This document shows, piece by piece, positions 18,888 through 29,800 of a stretch of DNA of 64,000 nt. Each line of letters begins with the position of its first letter. Position 1 is the first letter of the stretch. Source of the DNA: an uncultured Verrucomicrobiae bacterium (GTDB taxonomy: Bacteria > Verrucomicrobiota > Verrucomicrobiia > Limisphaerales > Palsa-1400); assembly GCA_963707025.1 (NCBI GenBank), contig CAVPOM010000012.1, positions 416,001 to 480,000 of the forward strand. Reading direction: 5' to 3'. The notes beneath the pieces are model-generated. The model saw only the letters and a program-made list of their open reading frames with translations, searched no databases and was not told where the DNA came from. The position numbers were made by a program, and so were the translations under genes.

Positions 18888-21800
18888 GCCGTCACTTCGG
18901 GTTTGCGCTTCTGATGCTGGTTGAAGATGGCTTGTTTTAGGCGGCCACGATCGGGTGTCTTGCCTGGAGAAGTGGGTTCGCTTTGGTCGAGAAATCCGGC
19001 CAGGGCGTTGATGGTGGGGTACTGAAATAATTTGACCACGGGCAAGGTGCGGCCCAGAGCCTCACCCAAACGGGCTTGCGCCTGCACGACCAGCAGGGAA
19101 TTGCCACCCAGATCAAAGAAATTGTCATGCAAACCTGCTTGCTCGACGCCCAGCAGTTCCCGCCAAACTTTGGCGATCGTTTTCTCGATCCTGCTGCGGG
19201 GCGCGAGGTAAGCCGTATCCAATTCCGGCCGGCGACCCTCGGGCACGGGCAAGGCGACGCGATTGACTTTGCCGTTGGGCGTCAAGGGCAGCGCGTCGAG
19301 AAACACAAACGCGGAAGGGATCATGGCTTCAGGCAGGGTCGCTTGGGCAAAGCGGCGCAGTTCGGATGCGGTCGGTTTTGTATTCGAAGCGGCCACAACG
19401 TATGCAACCAGTCGTTTGTCACCGGGCGAATCTTCGCGGGCGACCACGACCATTTCCCGCACCGCTGCATGGCGGCTGAGCGCCAGCTCGATTTCGCTCA
19501 ACTCGATGCGATGGCCGCGAATCTTCACTTGATGATCAAGACGCCCCAGAAATTCAATGGTCCCGTCGGCGCCAAAACGGCCCAGGTCCCCTGTGCGATA
19601 GAGGCGCGCGCGGGCATCGGCGCTGAACGGATGGCGTATGAATTTTTCCTCCGTTAATTCGGGGCGATTGAGATAGCCGCGCGCGACTCCTTCGCCGCCG
19701 ATGAGAATTTCTCCCGGCACGCCGATAGGCACGGGACGGAGATGTGGATCGAGAATGTAGATTTCGGTATTGGCCAGCGGCCGGCCAATCGGAACGATTG
19801 GGTCCCTTCCATCCAGGCGATGGACGGTGGACCAAACGGTGGTTTCCGTTGGGCCATACATATTGAGGATCTCGCCGCGCATGATTTCGCGCAGCCGCTT
19901 GGCCAGGGAATTAGGCAGCGCCTCCCCACCGACCAGCAATGTTTCCAGTTGCCGCATGGCCTGCGACGCCTCCGGCGCCAGGACCAGCATTTTCGCCAAA
20001 GAGGGAGTGCATTGCAGGTGGGTGGCGCCGTGGCGGCGGATTTGCTCCGGCACGGATCGCCCGGCGGTACGGCTGGAGGCTGGGGCGTTGCTCAATTCCA
20101 GGAGTCGCTGAAGCTCCGGCAAACTGTCTATGACCGAATGGTGATCGACGCCGAAATTGATTAGGCAGGCGACTTCATCCACGCCGATGGATTTGAGTTG
20201 GTTGATGAGCGGTTGGCAGCTTTCCGGCGTCCCCAGCAGGCCAAAGCGCGTGAAATAGCGGTCAAAGGCGCGTTGCGCCATGGCATCGAGGTCATGCTCG
20301 GCAACATTCTTTAAATCACTTCCCTCGCCCGATCCATCGCGGCCCAGACTTTTTAGCAGGTCGGTCGAGGATTTCAGATAATCACAGAAAGGCTTGCGCA
20401 CTTTTTCGCGGACGGCATTCAGGTCCTGACCCACGAAGGTGTGCAGCATGAGGGCGACTCTGCCTTCGCCCTCGTGATGTTCCGCCCGCGCCGCGCGGTA
20501 AATCCGGATTTTTGCGGCCAGCTCTTCCAGGCTCTGGCCGAGCAAATGCGTGAGCAAATTCGCCCCCAGTTCGCCCGCTTTGCGAAAGGTCTCCTGCTGG
20601 CCCGAGCCCGTGATCCAGACCGGCAATTCCGTTTGCACAGGCCGGGGGAAAGTCCTGATCTCTGTTTCCACGCCCGCGCCGGTCAGGCAGCGCACGGTCT
20701 CACCACGCCAGAGTTTGCGGACAGTTTCGATGCCGTCGAACATGATCTTCTTGCGGCTCTCATAATTTACCGGGGCGAACGCAAAATCCCGATCATGCCA
20801 TCCAGAAGCGAACGAAACGGCGATGCGACCATTGGATAGATTATCCACCACCGACCATTCCTCGGCGATGCGAATAGGATGATGGAGCGGGAGCACGACG
20901 CTGCCAGCGCGAATCTGAATTCGCTTCGTCACCATTGCAAGGGCCGCGCTGGTGACCGATGCGTTCGGAAACAGCGCGCCAAAAGCATGAAAATGCCGTT
21001 CCGGAGTCCACACCGCGGCAAATCCGTGCTCGTCGGCAAATTTAGCGCCTTCGATGAGCAATCGGTATTTGTCCCCGTTTCCATTTCCGGCGTCGTTCGC
21101 GAAATAAAACAAGCTGAAATCCAACTTCTTGTCTGGGGCCTCTCCGCCCGGCGCTGAAGTTGGAACGCGGTCGTCCTCGGACTGGATGATGACCTTGAAT
21201 CCGCGGGCGAGCGTCCAAAAAAGTTCCAGCACGGAAATGTCGAAGGAAATACTTGTGACCGCCAGCCAGACGCCAGGGTCTGTTCCCAACACCGCATCGA
21301 TGCCGGCAAAAAAATTGACCACGTTGCGGTGCGTCACCATGACGCCCTTGGGCTTGCCGGTCGAACCGGATGTGTACATCACATAGGCTAAATTCTCCGG
21401 CTTTACGTCAGTCTGCCGGGTGGCGGCGGGGTTGGCGCCGGGCGCCTTGGGGTGTGGCGCGTCAAGGCAGAGCAGTTTGAGATTTGGCGCCTCTAATTTC
21501 AATTCATCCCGCAACTTCTCCTGGGTGAGCAGCACCGGCACTTGCGCGTCTTGGAGCATGAATGCCAGACGCTCCTTCGGATAAGCCGGGTCGAGTGGCA
21601 CGTAACAGCCGCCCGCTTTGAGAATGGCCAGCAGTCCGACCATCATGTCGAGCGAACGTCTCACACAAATGCCGACGCGCGTGTCAGGCCCGACGCCGAG
21701 GCTTTGCAACTCCATCGCCAAATGATTCGCGCCATCGTTCAGTGCGCGATAAGTGAGCGGCTTATCTTCAAAGACCACTGCCACGGCGTCGGGCCTCCCT

Positions 21801-24800
21801 TCCGCTTGCTCCTCGAAAAGCTGGTGAACACATTGATCTTGCGCGAATTCAGCTCGCGTATCATTCCACTCGGTGAGAATCTTCTTTTGTTCGACTTCGG
21901 TTAGCAGCGGCAGTTGCGAAACGCGTTGCTCCACATCGGCGGCGATGCCTTCGAGCAGCCTTTGATAATGCCCCAGCAGCCGCGCGATGGTTTCCCGCTG
22001 GAACAAGTCCGTGTTGTATTCGATAAAACCGCCCAAACCGCCGGCCATTTCCTCCAGCGAAAGCATGAAATCGAACTTCGCCGTGCCGCTGTGCGTCGGA
22101 AGGAGCGTGAGCTTCAGCCCGGCAAGCTCCAGCGGCTGCATCGGCTCGTTTTGCAGAACGAACATGACTTGGAAGAGAGGTGGGCGACTCAAATCGCGCC
22201 CGGGTTGCAGCGCATCAACGATTTTTTCAAAGGGCACTTCCTGATGGGCATAAGCATCCAGCGCCACGCGCCGGTTCCGTCTCAACAATTCCCGGAATGT
22301 CGCATCGCCGGTCAAATCGCCTCGCAGCACAACGGTGTTGAGGAAAAGGCCGATGAGGCATTCCGTCTCAACGCGCGTTCGTCCTGCAACAGGCGAGCCA
22401 ATAAGAATGTCCTGTTGTCCCGTGTAACGATGCAATAAGGCCTGAAACGCTGAGAGCAGAAGCATGAACAGCGTGACGTCCTCTCTCCGACTCAATTGCC
22501 GCAGTTCCTCCAGCAGGTTCGCTGGCAGCGCGAAGTGTTGTGTCGCGCCGCGATAGGTCTGCATAGGCGCACGCGGGTAATCGGTGGGCAAAGCAAGCGC
22601 TGTGGCCGCGCCCTGGAGTTGTTTTATCCAGAAGTTGAGTTGTTTTTCAAGGGCGCCGCCTTGCAGGCGCTCGCGCTGCCAGCGTGCGAAGTCCGCGTAA
22701 TCAAATTTCAATTCCGGCAGCGGCGAGGGTTTTTCATTTGAGAAAGCCTGGTAAAGGGCCGAAAATTCGCGATAGAACACACCCATGGACCAGCCGTCGC
22801 AAACGATGTGGTGCGTGGTCAGCAGGAGCAGATGCTGGGCCTCAGCGAGCCGAATCAACGTTGCCCGGAGCAACGGCCTTTTTGCCAGATCAAACGGTCG
22901 CCGCGCCTCTTCCAACATGCATCGCTTTGCCCTGTCCTCCTGCGCCGTGGCCGTCAACAAACTCAGGTCAACGATGGGAATGGCGACGGCCGCTGCGGGG
23001 ACAACCACAGCCACAGGTCGGCCACCGGCGTCCTTGAAGGAGGTTCGCAATGGTTTGTGACGGCGGACCATTTCCGCCATCGCACGCTCCAACGCCGACA
23101 GGTTGAGCGCGCCTTCCATCCGGAAGGCAACCGGAATATTGTTGAACGGCTGGCCCGGCTCGAGCTGCTCCATAAACCAGAGCCGTTCCTGCGCGAATGA
23201 GAGCGGAGATGCGCCGTTGCGCTCCGGGGGCGCGGGCGCGGGGCCTGCCGGCGGCGTGGCGTGGCTTAAGGCCTCCATCTTTTCCGCCAACTCCGCCACG
23301 GTGGGCGAACTGAATAAATCCTGGAGCGGCAGATCAACCTGAAAGGCGTTGCGCGCCCGCAAGACCACCTGGGTGGCCGTGAGTGAGTGGCCGCCGATGG
23401 CAAAAAAATCATCATGCACCCCGACTTCTTTGCGGCCGAGAACTTCGCTCCAGATTTGAGCCAGCGCTGTTTCAGCCGGCGTTCGCGGCGCGACAAATGA
23501 TTTCTCCGAATCGGCCGAAAAATCCGGCGGCGGCAGAGCTCTGCGGTCCACTTTCCCGTTCGGTGACAGCGGCAGCGCGTCCAGCAGCACGAAAGCTGAA
23601 GGCACCATGGCTCCGGGCAGTATCTGTTTCAGAAATTCGCGCAAAACGCCGGGAGTCAAGGACGGCCCCGGCGCCGGCACCACGTAAGCCGCCAGACGAT
23701 TCTCTCCGCGCGCATCCGCACACGCGACGACGACGGATTCACGCACGCCGACATGCCGGAGAAGAGTGGCTTCGACTTCACCCAGTTCGATGCGCTGACC
23801 GCGAACCTTGACCTGATAGTCCAAGCGACCGAGGAACTCGATTTGGCCGTCCGGCCGCCAGCGGACCAGGTCGCCTGTTTTATACAGACGCGCCTGGGGA
23901 TTTCTGTGGAACGGGTTGGGAATGAATTTCTCGGCCGTGAGTTCAGGGCGGTTGTGGTAGCCGCGCGCCAGGCCAACGCCGCCGATGTGCAACTCGCCCG
24001 GCACGCCAAGGGGCACGGGTTGGGCGTGCCGGTCCAGAATGAAAACCTGCGTGTTGGCAATAGGCCGGCCGATGGGCGGTGGCTTGGCCGGGGCCTCCTG
24101 CGCAGGAACCAAAGCCGAGGTTGCCACCACCGTGCTCTCGGTCGGCCCATAGTGGTTAATCAAACCACAGGGCAGATCTGGCCGCGGGCCATGGTGCAGC
24201 TTGTCGCCCCCGGTCAGCAAGGCCCGCAACGCGCTTTGCCCCGGCCACGATCCGTTGAGCATCGCTTCGGCCAGGGGGGTGGGCACGAACGCCAGCGTGA
24301 TGTTGTTGGCGGCCAGCCAAGCCGGAAGCTTCTCCGGCGAAAGGCGGGTTTCTTGGTCGGGAATATGGATGCTGGCGCCCGCCGTCAGATACGGCCACAA
24401 TTCCCAAACGGAAGCATCGAAGGCCGGCGTGGCGATCTGACTGGCGCGATCGGCGGGCGTCACTCTGTAAGTGCGCTGGTGCCAGGCGATCAGATTGACC
24501 AGGCTGGCGTGTTCGATCTCCACGCCTTTGGGCGCGCCGGTGGAGCCGGAAGTGTAAATGACATAGGCCAGATGGGTTGGAGATGGATTGGCCGCGCGCG
24601 AGTTGCAGCCCTCTTCGGGCGGTGCGGCTGGCGGCGCGGCATCAAGAGAATCCACGCAGACAAATTTTAGATTTGACCTCTCGAAATTCAGTGTCTGGCT
24701 CCAGGATTGCCGCGTGATCAGCACGGGCGTTCTGGCGTCTTCCAGCATGAACTTGAGCCTTTCGTTTGGAGAGGCCGGGTCGAGTGGCACGCAAGCTCCG

Positions 24801-26422
24801 CCGGCTTTCCATACGGCCAGCCAGGCCACCACCATTTCGGCCGAGCGTTCCAGGCACACTCCCACGCAAACATCCGGTCCAACTCCGAACCTTCGCAATT
24901 CCGCGGCCAACCAGTTGGCGCGAGCATTCAATTCGCAGTAGCTCAACCGCGTTGATGGATCTGCCACGGCCAGCGCGTCCGGAGTGCGCCCGGCTTGTTC
25001 CTGGAAGAGTTGATGGACGCATTTGTCTTTTGGAAAATCAGCGCGTGTATTATTCCATTTGACGAGCAACTGATGGCGCTCGCTCTCGCTCAACATGGGC
25101 AGCTCGGAAACCTTCCCTCCCGCATCCGCCGCCATGCCTTCGAGCAGCGTTCTGAAATGGGTCAGCATCCGCGTGATGGCCTCGTCGTCAAAACGGGTGC
25201 GGTGGTAAAGAATCTTGATCAACACCGTTTCGTCGCCGTAGGCGTCCACGACCAGAGGATAGTTGGATTGGCTGCATATTCCGAACTCGCGTGCCGTCCA
25301 CGGGCCGCCTTGCGCGCGCAAGGCGGCGTCCCAGGACGGGGCTTGGAAATTCAAAATGCTCTCGAACAACGGCTGGCCTCGGGGCGCCTCACTCCAGCTC
25401 TGGATGTCCACCAGCGGTGTATGCTCAAATTCGCGCAACTCGACCCACTGGCTTCTTAACTCCGTCAGCCAGCGCACAACCTCGCTGTCCGCCCTCACCT
25501 GAACCCGCAGCGGGACGGTGTTGATGCAAAGCCCGACCAGGGATTCCGCCTCTTCGATGGTGGCATGACGGCAGGCCCGGACCACGCCGAAGACCACGTC
25601 TTCCTCGCCGCTGTAGCGGCTCAGCAGAAGAGCCCACGCGCCTTGGACCAGAGTGTTCAGCGTCAATTTATTTGTTTTGGCGAAGGACTTGAGCGCCGAG
25701 GTGGTCAGTTCGGACAACTGGATTTGCTGCTCGCCACGAATTCTACCAGCTTCGTCCTCACCACTTGCGTTGCGGGCCACGACCAATGATGTCGGCGTGT
25801 TGAAGCCTTTGAGGTGCTGCCGCCAAAAAACTTCTGCCTTGGCCCTGTCCCTTTTCCGCACCCAATCAATAAAACCGCGGTAGGAACGAGGCGGAGGCAG
25901 TTCCAAATCTGCACCGCGACTGAAGGCTTCGTAGGAGGCGAAAACTTCGTTGAGTAAGATGACCACGGCGCGGCCATCGAGCAAAAGATGGTGGAAAGTC
26001 CAAAGAAACTGCCATGCCTGCTCGCCAAGGCGGAAGATCGCCAGGCGCATCAGTGGCGCAGTGGCCAGATCAAAACCGCGTTTGCGCTCGGTTTCGAGCC
26101 AATCGGAGAACAGCTCTTTCCGTTCGGTATCGGAAAGGCCGCGCCAGTCTTGCTGGGAGAACTCAATTTCGGCTTGGGGATGAACTTCCTGCCACGGCTC
26201 GGTGGATTGGTGCCAGTGAAAGCTTGTGCGCAGCACGGCATGGCGGGCCACCGCGCGCCGCCAAGCCGATTGGAAGGCCGCCACATTCAAGTCCTCGTGC
26301 AACGCGCAGAATATCTGTTCCACATCCACGCCTGCCGCGGGCGTGGAGGACAGGCTGTGGAAGAGCATCCCCTGCTGCATAGGAGAGAGTGGATAAGAGT
26401 CTGTTGTCAGTTCCGTGCTCAT
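18884..26422 (-). CDS. Two-module NRPS C-A-PCP-C-A[LLM monooxygenase insert]-PCP
   Basis: Likely start at 26422 (MSTELTTDSYPLSPMQQGML). C1 HHLLLDG; A1 hand-read code DAWFLGHVVK (Leu-like); PCP GGHSL; C2 HHIVCDG; A2 code DILQLGMVWK (Gly-like), interrupted by a MupA/Atu3671-type luciferase-like domain (FSLFYF, WTPERHF, AEEWSVVDNLSNGR; about 20090-21130); PCP GGNSL. Confidence 0.92.
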   Translation of the reverse strand: MSTELTTDSYPLSPMQQGMLFHSLSSTPAAGVDVEQIFCALHEDLNVAAFQSAWRRAVARHAVLRTSFHWHQSTEPWQEVHPQAEIEFSQQDWRGLSDTERKELFSDWLETERKRGFDLATAPLMRLAIFRLGEQAWQFLWTFHHLLLDGRAVVILLNEVFASYEAFSRGADLELPPPRSYRGFIDWVRKRDRAKAEVFWRQHLKGFNTPTSLVVARNASGEDEAGRIRGEQQIQLSELTTSALKSFAKTNKLTLNTLVQGAWALLLSRYSGEEDVVFGVVRACRHATIEEAESLVGLCINTVPLRVQVRADSEVVRWLTELRSQWVELREFEHTPLVDIQSWSEAPRGQPLFESILNFQAPSWDAALRAQGGPWTAREFGICSQSNYPLVVDAYGDETVLIKILYHRTRFDDEAITRMLTHFRTLLEGMAADAGGKVSELPMLSESERHQLLVKWNNTRADFPKDKCVHQLFQEQAGRTPDALAVADPSTRLSYCELNARANWLAAELRRFGVGPDVCVGVCLERSAEMVVAWLAVWKAGGACVPLDPASPNERLKFMLEDARTPVLITRQSWSQTLNFERSNLKFVCVDSLDAAPPAAPPEEGCNSRAANPSPTHLAYVIYTSGSTGAPKGVEIEHASLVNLIAWHQRTYRVTPADRASQIATPAFDASVWELWPYLTAGASIHIPDQETRLSPEKLPAWLAANNITLAFVPTPLAEAMLNGSWPGQSALRALLTGGDKLHHGPRPDLPCGLINHYGPTESTVVATSALVPAQEAPAKPPPIGRPIANTQVFILDRHAQPVPLGVPGELHIGGVGLARGYHNRPELTAEKFIPNPFHRNPQARLYKTGDLVRWRPDGQIEFLGRLDYQVKVRGQRIELGEVEATLLRHVGVRESVVVACADARGENRLAAYVVPAPGPSLTPGVLREFLKQILPGAMVPSAFVLLDALPLSPNGKVDRRALPPPDFSADSEKSFVAPRTPAETALAQIWSEVLGRKEVGVHDDFFAIGGHSLTATQVVLRARNAFQVDLPLQDLFSSPTVAELAEKMEALSHATPPAGPAPAPPERNGASPLSFAQERLWFMEQLEPGQPFNNIPVAFRMEGALNLSALERAMAEMVRRHKPLRTSFKDAGGRPVAVVVPAAAVAIPIVDLSLLTATAQEDRAKRCMLEEARRPFDLAKRPLLRATLIRLAEAQHLLLLTTHHIVCDGWSMGVFYREFSALYQAFSNEKPSPLPELKFDYADFARWQRERLQGGALEKQLNFWIKQLQGAATALALPTDYPRAPMQTYRGATQHFALPANLLEELRQLSRREDVTLFMLLLSAFQALLHRYTGQQDILIGSPVAGRTRVETECLIGLFLNTVVLRGDLTGDATFRELLRRNRRVALDAYAHQEVPFEKIVDALQPGRDLSRPPLFQVMFVLQNEPMQPLELAGLKLTLLPTHSGTAKFDFMLSLEEMAGGLGGFIEYNTDLFQRETIARLLGHYQRLLEGIAADVEQRVSQLPLLTEVEQKKILTEWNDTRAEFAQDQCVHQLFEEQAEGRPDAVAVVFEDKPLTYRALNDGANHLAMELQSLGVGPDTRVGICVRRSLDMMVGLLAILKAGGCYVPLDPAYPKERLAFMLQDAQVPVLLTQEKLRDELKLEAPNLKLLCLDAPHPKAPGANPAATRQTDVKPENLAYVMYTSGSTGKPKGVMVTHRNVVNFFAGIDAVLGTDPGVWLAVTSISFDISVLELFWTLARGFKVIIQSEDDRVPTSAPGGEAPDKKLDFSLFYFANDAGNGNGDKYRLLIEGAKFADEHGFAAVWTPERHFHAFGALFPNASVTSAALAMVTKRIQIRAGSVVLPLHHPIRIAEEWSVVDNLSNGRIAVSFASGWHDRDFAFAPVNYESRKKIMFDGIETVRKLWRGETVRCLTGAGVETEIRTFPRPVQTELPVWITGSGQQETFRKAGELGANLLTHLLGQSLEELAAKIRIYRAARAEHHEGEGRVALMLHTFVGQDLNAVREKVRKPFCDYLKSSTDLLKSLGRDGSGEGSDLKNVAEHDLDAMAQRAFDRYFTRFGLLGTPESCQPLINQLKSIGVDEVACLINFGVDHHSVIDSLPELQRLLELSNAPASSRTAGRSVPEQIRRHGATHLQCTPSLAKMLVLAPEASQAMRQLETLLVGGEALPNSLAKRLREIMRGEILNMYGPTETTVWSTVHRLDGRDPIVPIGRPLANTEIYILDPHLRPVPIGVPGEILIGGEGVARGYLNRPELTEEKFIRHPFSADARARLYRTGDLGRFGADGTIEFLGRLDHQVKIRGHRIELSEIELALSRHAAVREMVVVAREDSPGDKRLVAYVVAASNTKPTASELRRFAQATLPEAMIPSAFVFLDALPLTPNGKVNRVALPVPEGRRPELDTAYLAPRSRIEKTIAKVWRELLGVEQAGLHDNFFDLGGNSLLVVQAQARLGEALGRTLPVVKLFQYPTINALAGFLDQSEPTSPGKTPDRGRLKQAIFNQHQKRKPEVTA

Positions 26423-26838
26423 TTGGCCGTTTAAAACATGCCGCAACGTTAAACGAGCCAGCGCCGGGAGTATAAGTGGGTGAAAACCTCTAATGAGGCG
26501 GATGAACACCCCAGTCAGTGACACCACATTGTAACAGTCGCTGAAAAGAGAGGGCCATCAATCCATGTCGCCGCACGGCTTTGGCGCGTTATTAATCAAT
26601 CATGCCGGCAACGACTTTATCATTCAGGAGGACGCGCGGCGTGGGATTACGCCGGACGAAGTTCGGCTCCCCAGCCCGCCTCCAAATCAAGAAAGTGTCT
26701 GACAAAATCAAACCCGGCGCATGGGGTTGATTACCCCGAGGTTTTCCGGGTTTCACCCATCTATTAAAAAAATTCAGCCGCCGTAAGGTTGGCGGCGACA
26801 TGAGTAGATTAAACAAGGAAAAATTCGCCTTATGAATT

Positions 26839-29800
26839 ATGAAAACAGGAAAAACACTTTCGCACGCAACCGACCTTCTCCGGACACGGTGGCCTCGGCC
26901 CATTATCATCGGCGCCACACTGCTGCTGGGCCTTTGGGCGCCAACGCAAGTCCGCGCCCAAACCAGCGTCAATACCAAATTGACCGCGAGTGTGAGCGGC
27001 GGCCAGGTTCAATTGCGACTGCAAGGTCAGGCCAACCAAACCTATCTCGTTCAGGTCTCCTCGGACTTGAAAAACTGGACGACTGTCGCCAGAGGGCAGA
27101 CGGCAGGCGATGGCAGCATGACCGTTACGGACACGTGGGCCACGCGTGTTCAAGGGCGATATTACCGCTCCGTGCTGTTGGGTTTCCCGACCGGCAATGC
27201 GTCGGCGAGCCTGTACCGGCCGGATCGAATCCTGGTCAAACCCAAAGCGGGCGTGAATTTGGGCGGGCTGAACCTGACCCTGGGTGTGAATATGTTGCAG
27301 GAATTCCCTGCCATCGGACATTTGCAAGTTCTACAAGTGCCGCCCGGCAAGACGGCGGATCTGCTCATCGCCTCTTTTCAAGCCAGCGGTCAGGTTCAAT
27401 ACGCCGAACACGATTACATCGTGCATGCGCTGGTGACGCCCAACGATTTTTATTACAACGACGATGACACGCTTTGGGGATTGCACAACGACGGTTCAAA
27501 CGGCGGCCTCACCAATGCCGATATCCACGCACCGGAAGCCTGGGACATTCAGAACACTGCCAGCAACGTGACCGTGGCCGTCATTGATACGGGCGTGCGC
27601 TACACCCACGAAGACCTGGCCTCCAACATGTGGGTCAATCCCAACGATGGCAGTCACGGCCTCAATACCGTGACCAACGGCAATGCCGCCAACGACCCCA
27701 ACGACGATTACGGTCACGGCTCACACGTGGCTGGCATCCTTGGCGCCGTGGGCGACAATTTCGTCGGCGTGGTCGGAGTGGCCTGGAGTGTGCCGATCAT
27801 GGCCTGCTGTTTCCTGGATTCCACCGGCAACGGCACCATTTCCGACGCCATCGCCTGCATGGACTACGCCCGCACCAACGGCGCGGAAATTGTCAACGCC
27901 AGTTGGGGCACCACCAATTTCGATTCGCAGGCCCTGTATGATGCCATTGATAATTTGCGCCAGGCCGGAATTATTTTTGTGGCGGCCGCCGGCAATTCGT
28001 CCTACGACAACGATATGACCCCCATTTATCCCGCTAGCTACAACCTGGACAATATTATCGCCGTGGCCGCCACAACGCGCAGCGATCAATTGGCCAGCTT
28101 TTCGGATTACGGACCGACCAACGTGGCCCTCGGCGCGCCCGGCGTGGACATTGAGTCGTGCTGGAACGGGTCCGACCACGATTACGAAAGCCAATCCGGA
28201 ACGTCCATGGCCGCCGCCTATGTTTCGGGTGCGTGCGCCATCTTGCGCGCGCATTTTCCCAACGAGGATTATCACCAGATCATCAGCCAAATTTTAACCA
28301 ACGTCGATCAGGTGCCCAGCCTGCAAGGCCAATGCCGCAGCGGCGGTCGCCTGAATCTGTACAGAGCGCTGACGTCCGGCTCTCCGGCGCATCCTCCCTT
28401 GGCGGCCAATTTCACGGCCAGTCCAACCAACGGCCAGGCGCCGTTAGCCGTCCAATTCACCGACACGTCCACCGGCAGCCCGACGGCGTGGGATTGGAAT
28501 TTTGGCGACGGCTCGACGGACAGCACAACGGAGAATCCGTCGCACATTTACACCAATGCGGGAACTTTCACGGTGACCTTGACCGTGACCGGCAGCGGCG
28601 GCGCGACCAGCAGCGCGAGTGGAACGATTACGGCCACCAACACGAGTCCGCCGCCTCCGCCTCCCTTGGCGGCCAGTTTCACGGCCAGTCCAACCAACGG
28701 CCAGGCGCCATTAACCGTCCAATTCACCGACACGTCCATCGGCAGCCCGACGGCGTGGGATTGGAATTTTGGCGACGGCTCGACGGACGGCACAACGGAG
28801 AATCCGTCGCACATTTACACCAATGCGGGAACTTTCACGGTGACCTTGACCGTGACCGGCAGCGGCGGCGCGACCAGTAGCACGAGTGGAACGATTACGG
28901 CCACCAACGCCAGTCCGCCGCCTCCTCCACCCTTGGCGGCCAATTTCACGGCCAGTCCGACCAACGGCCAGGCGCCGTTAGCCGTCCAATTCACCGACAT
29001 GTCCACCGGCAGCCCGACGGCGTGGGATTGGAATTTTGGCGACGGCTCGACGGACAGTACAACGGGGAATCCGTCACATACCTTCACGAGCGCGGGCAAT
29101 TTCACCGTGACTTTGACCGTGAGCGGCAGCGCTGGGCAAACCAGCAGTGGCAGTCAATCCATCACCGTCACAAACCCACCGGCAGCAGTAACGGCGCAAT
29201 TCTCGGCGAACCCGGCTTCGGGCCAGGCGCCTTTGGCGGTGCAGTTCACCGATCAATCCACCGGACCGGTGACGGCCTGGAAGTGGAACTTCGGCGACGG
29301 CTCGACCAGTTCGGCGCAAAATCCGTCGCACACTTACAGCAGCGCGGGATCGTTCACCGCCATGTTGACCGTGAGCGGCAGCGCTGGGCAAACCAGCAGT
29401 GGCAGTCAATCCATCACCGTCACAAACCCACCGGCAGCCGTGACGGCTCAATTCTCGGCGAACCCGACTTCGGGCCAGGCGCCTTTGGCGGTGCAATTCA
29501 CCGATCAATCCACCGGACCGGTGACGGCCTGGAAGTGGAGCTTCGGCGACGGCTCGACCAGTTCGGCGCAAAATCCGTCGCACACTTACAGCAGCGCGGG
29601 ATCGTTCACCGCCATGTTGACCGTGAGCGGCAGCAGCCAACAGATTAGCAGCGCAAGTCAGACCATTACGGTCACCAATGCGCCACCGCCACCCATTGTG
29701 GTGACCGTGGTTACCTCGCAATCGTTGGCCACGACTTTGACCCCTGGAGCGTTCACCCTGACGCGCACCGGGAGCACCAGTTCGCCTCTGACAATCAACT

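Noticed and set aside
26423..26527. Upstream GTG start of the NRPS given by the ORF track
   Set aside because: The extra 35 aa do not look like NRPS sequence; the C-domain motif begins right after Met at 26422.
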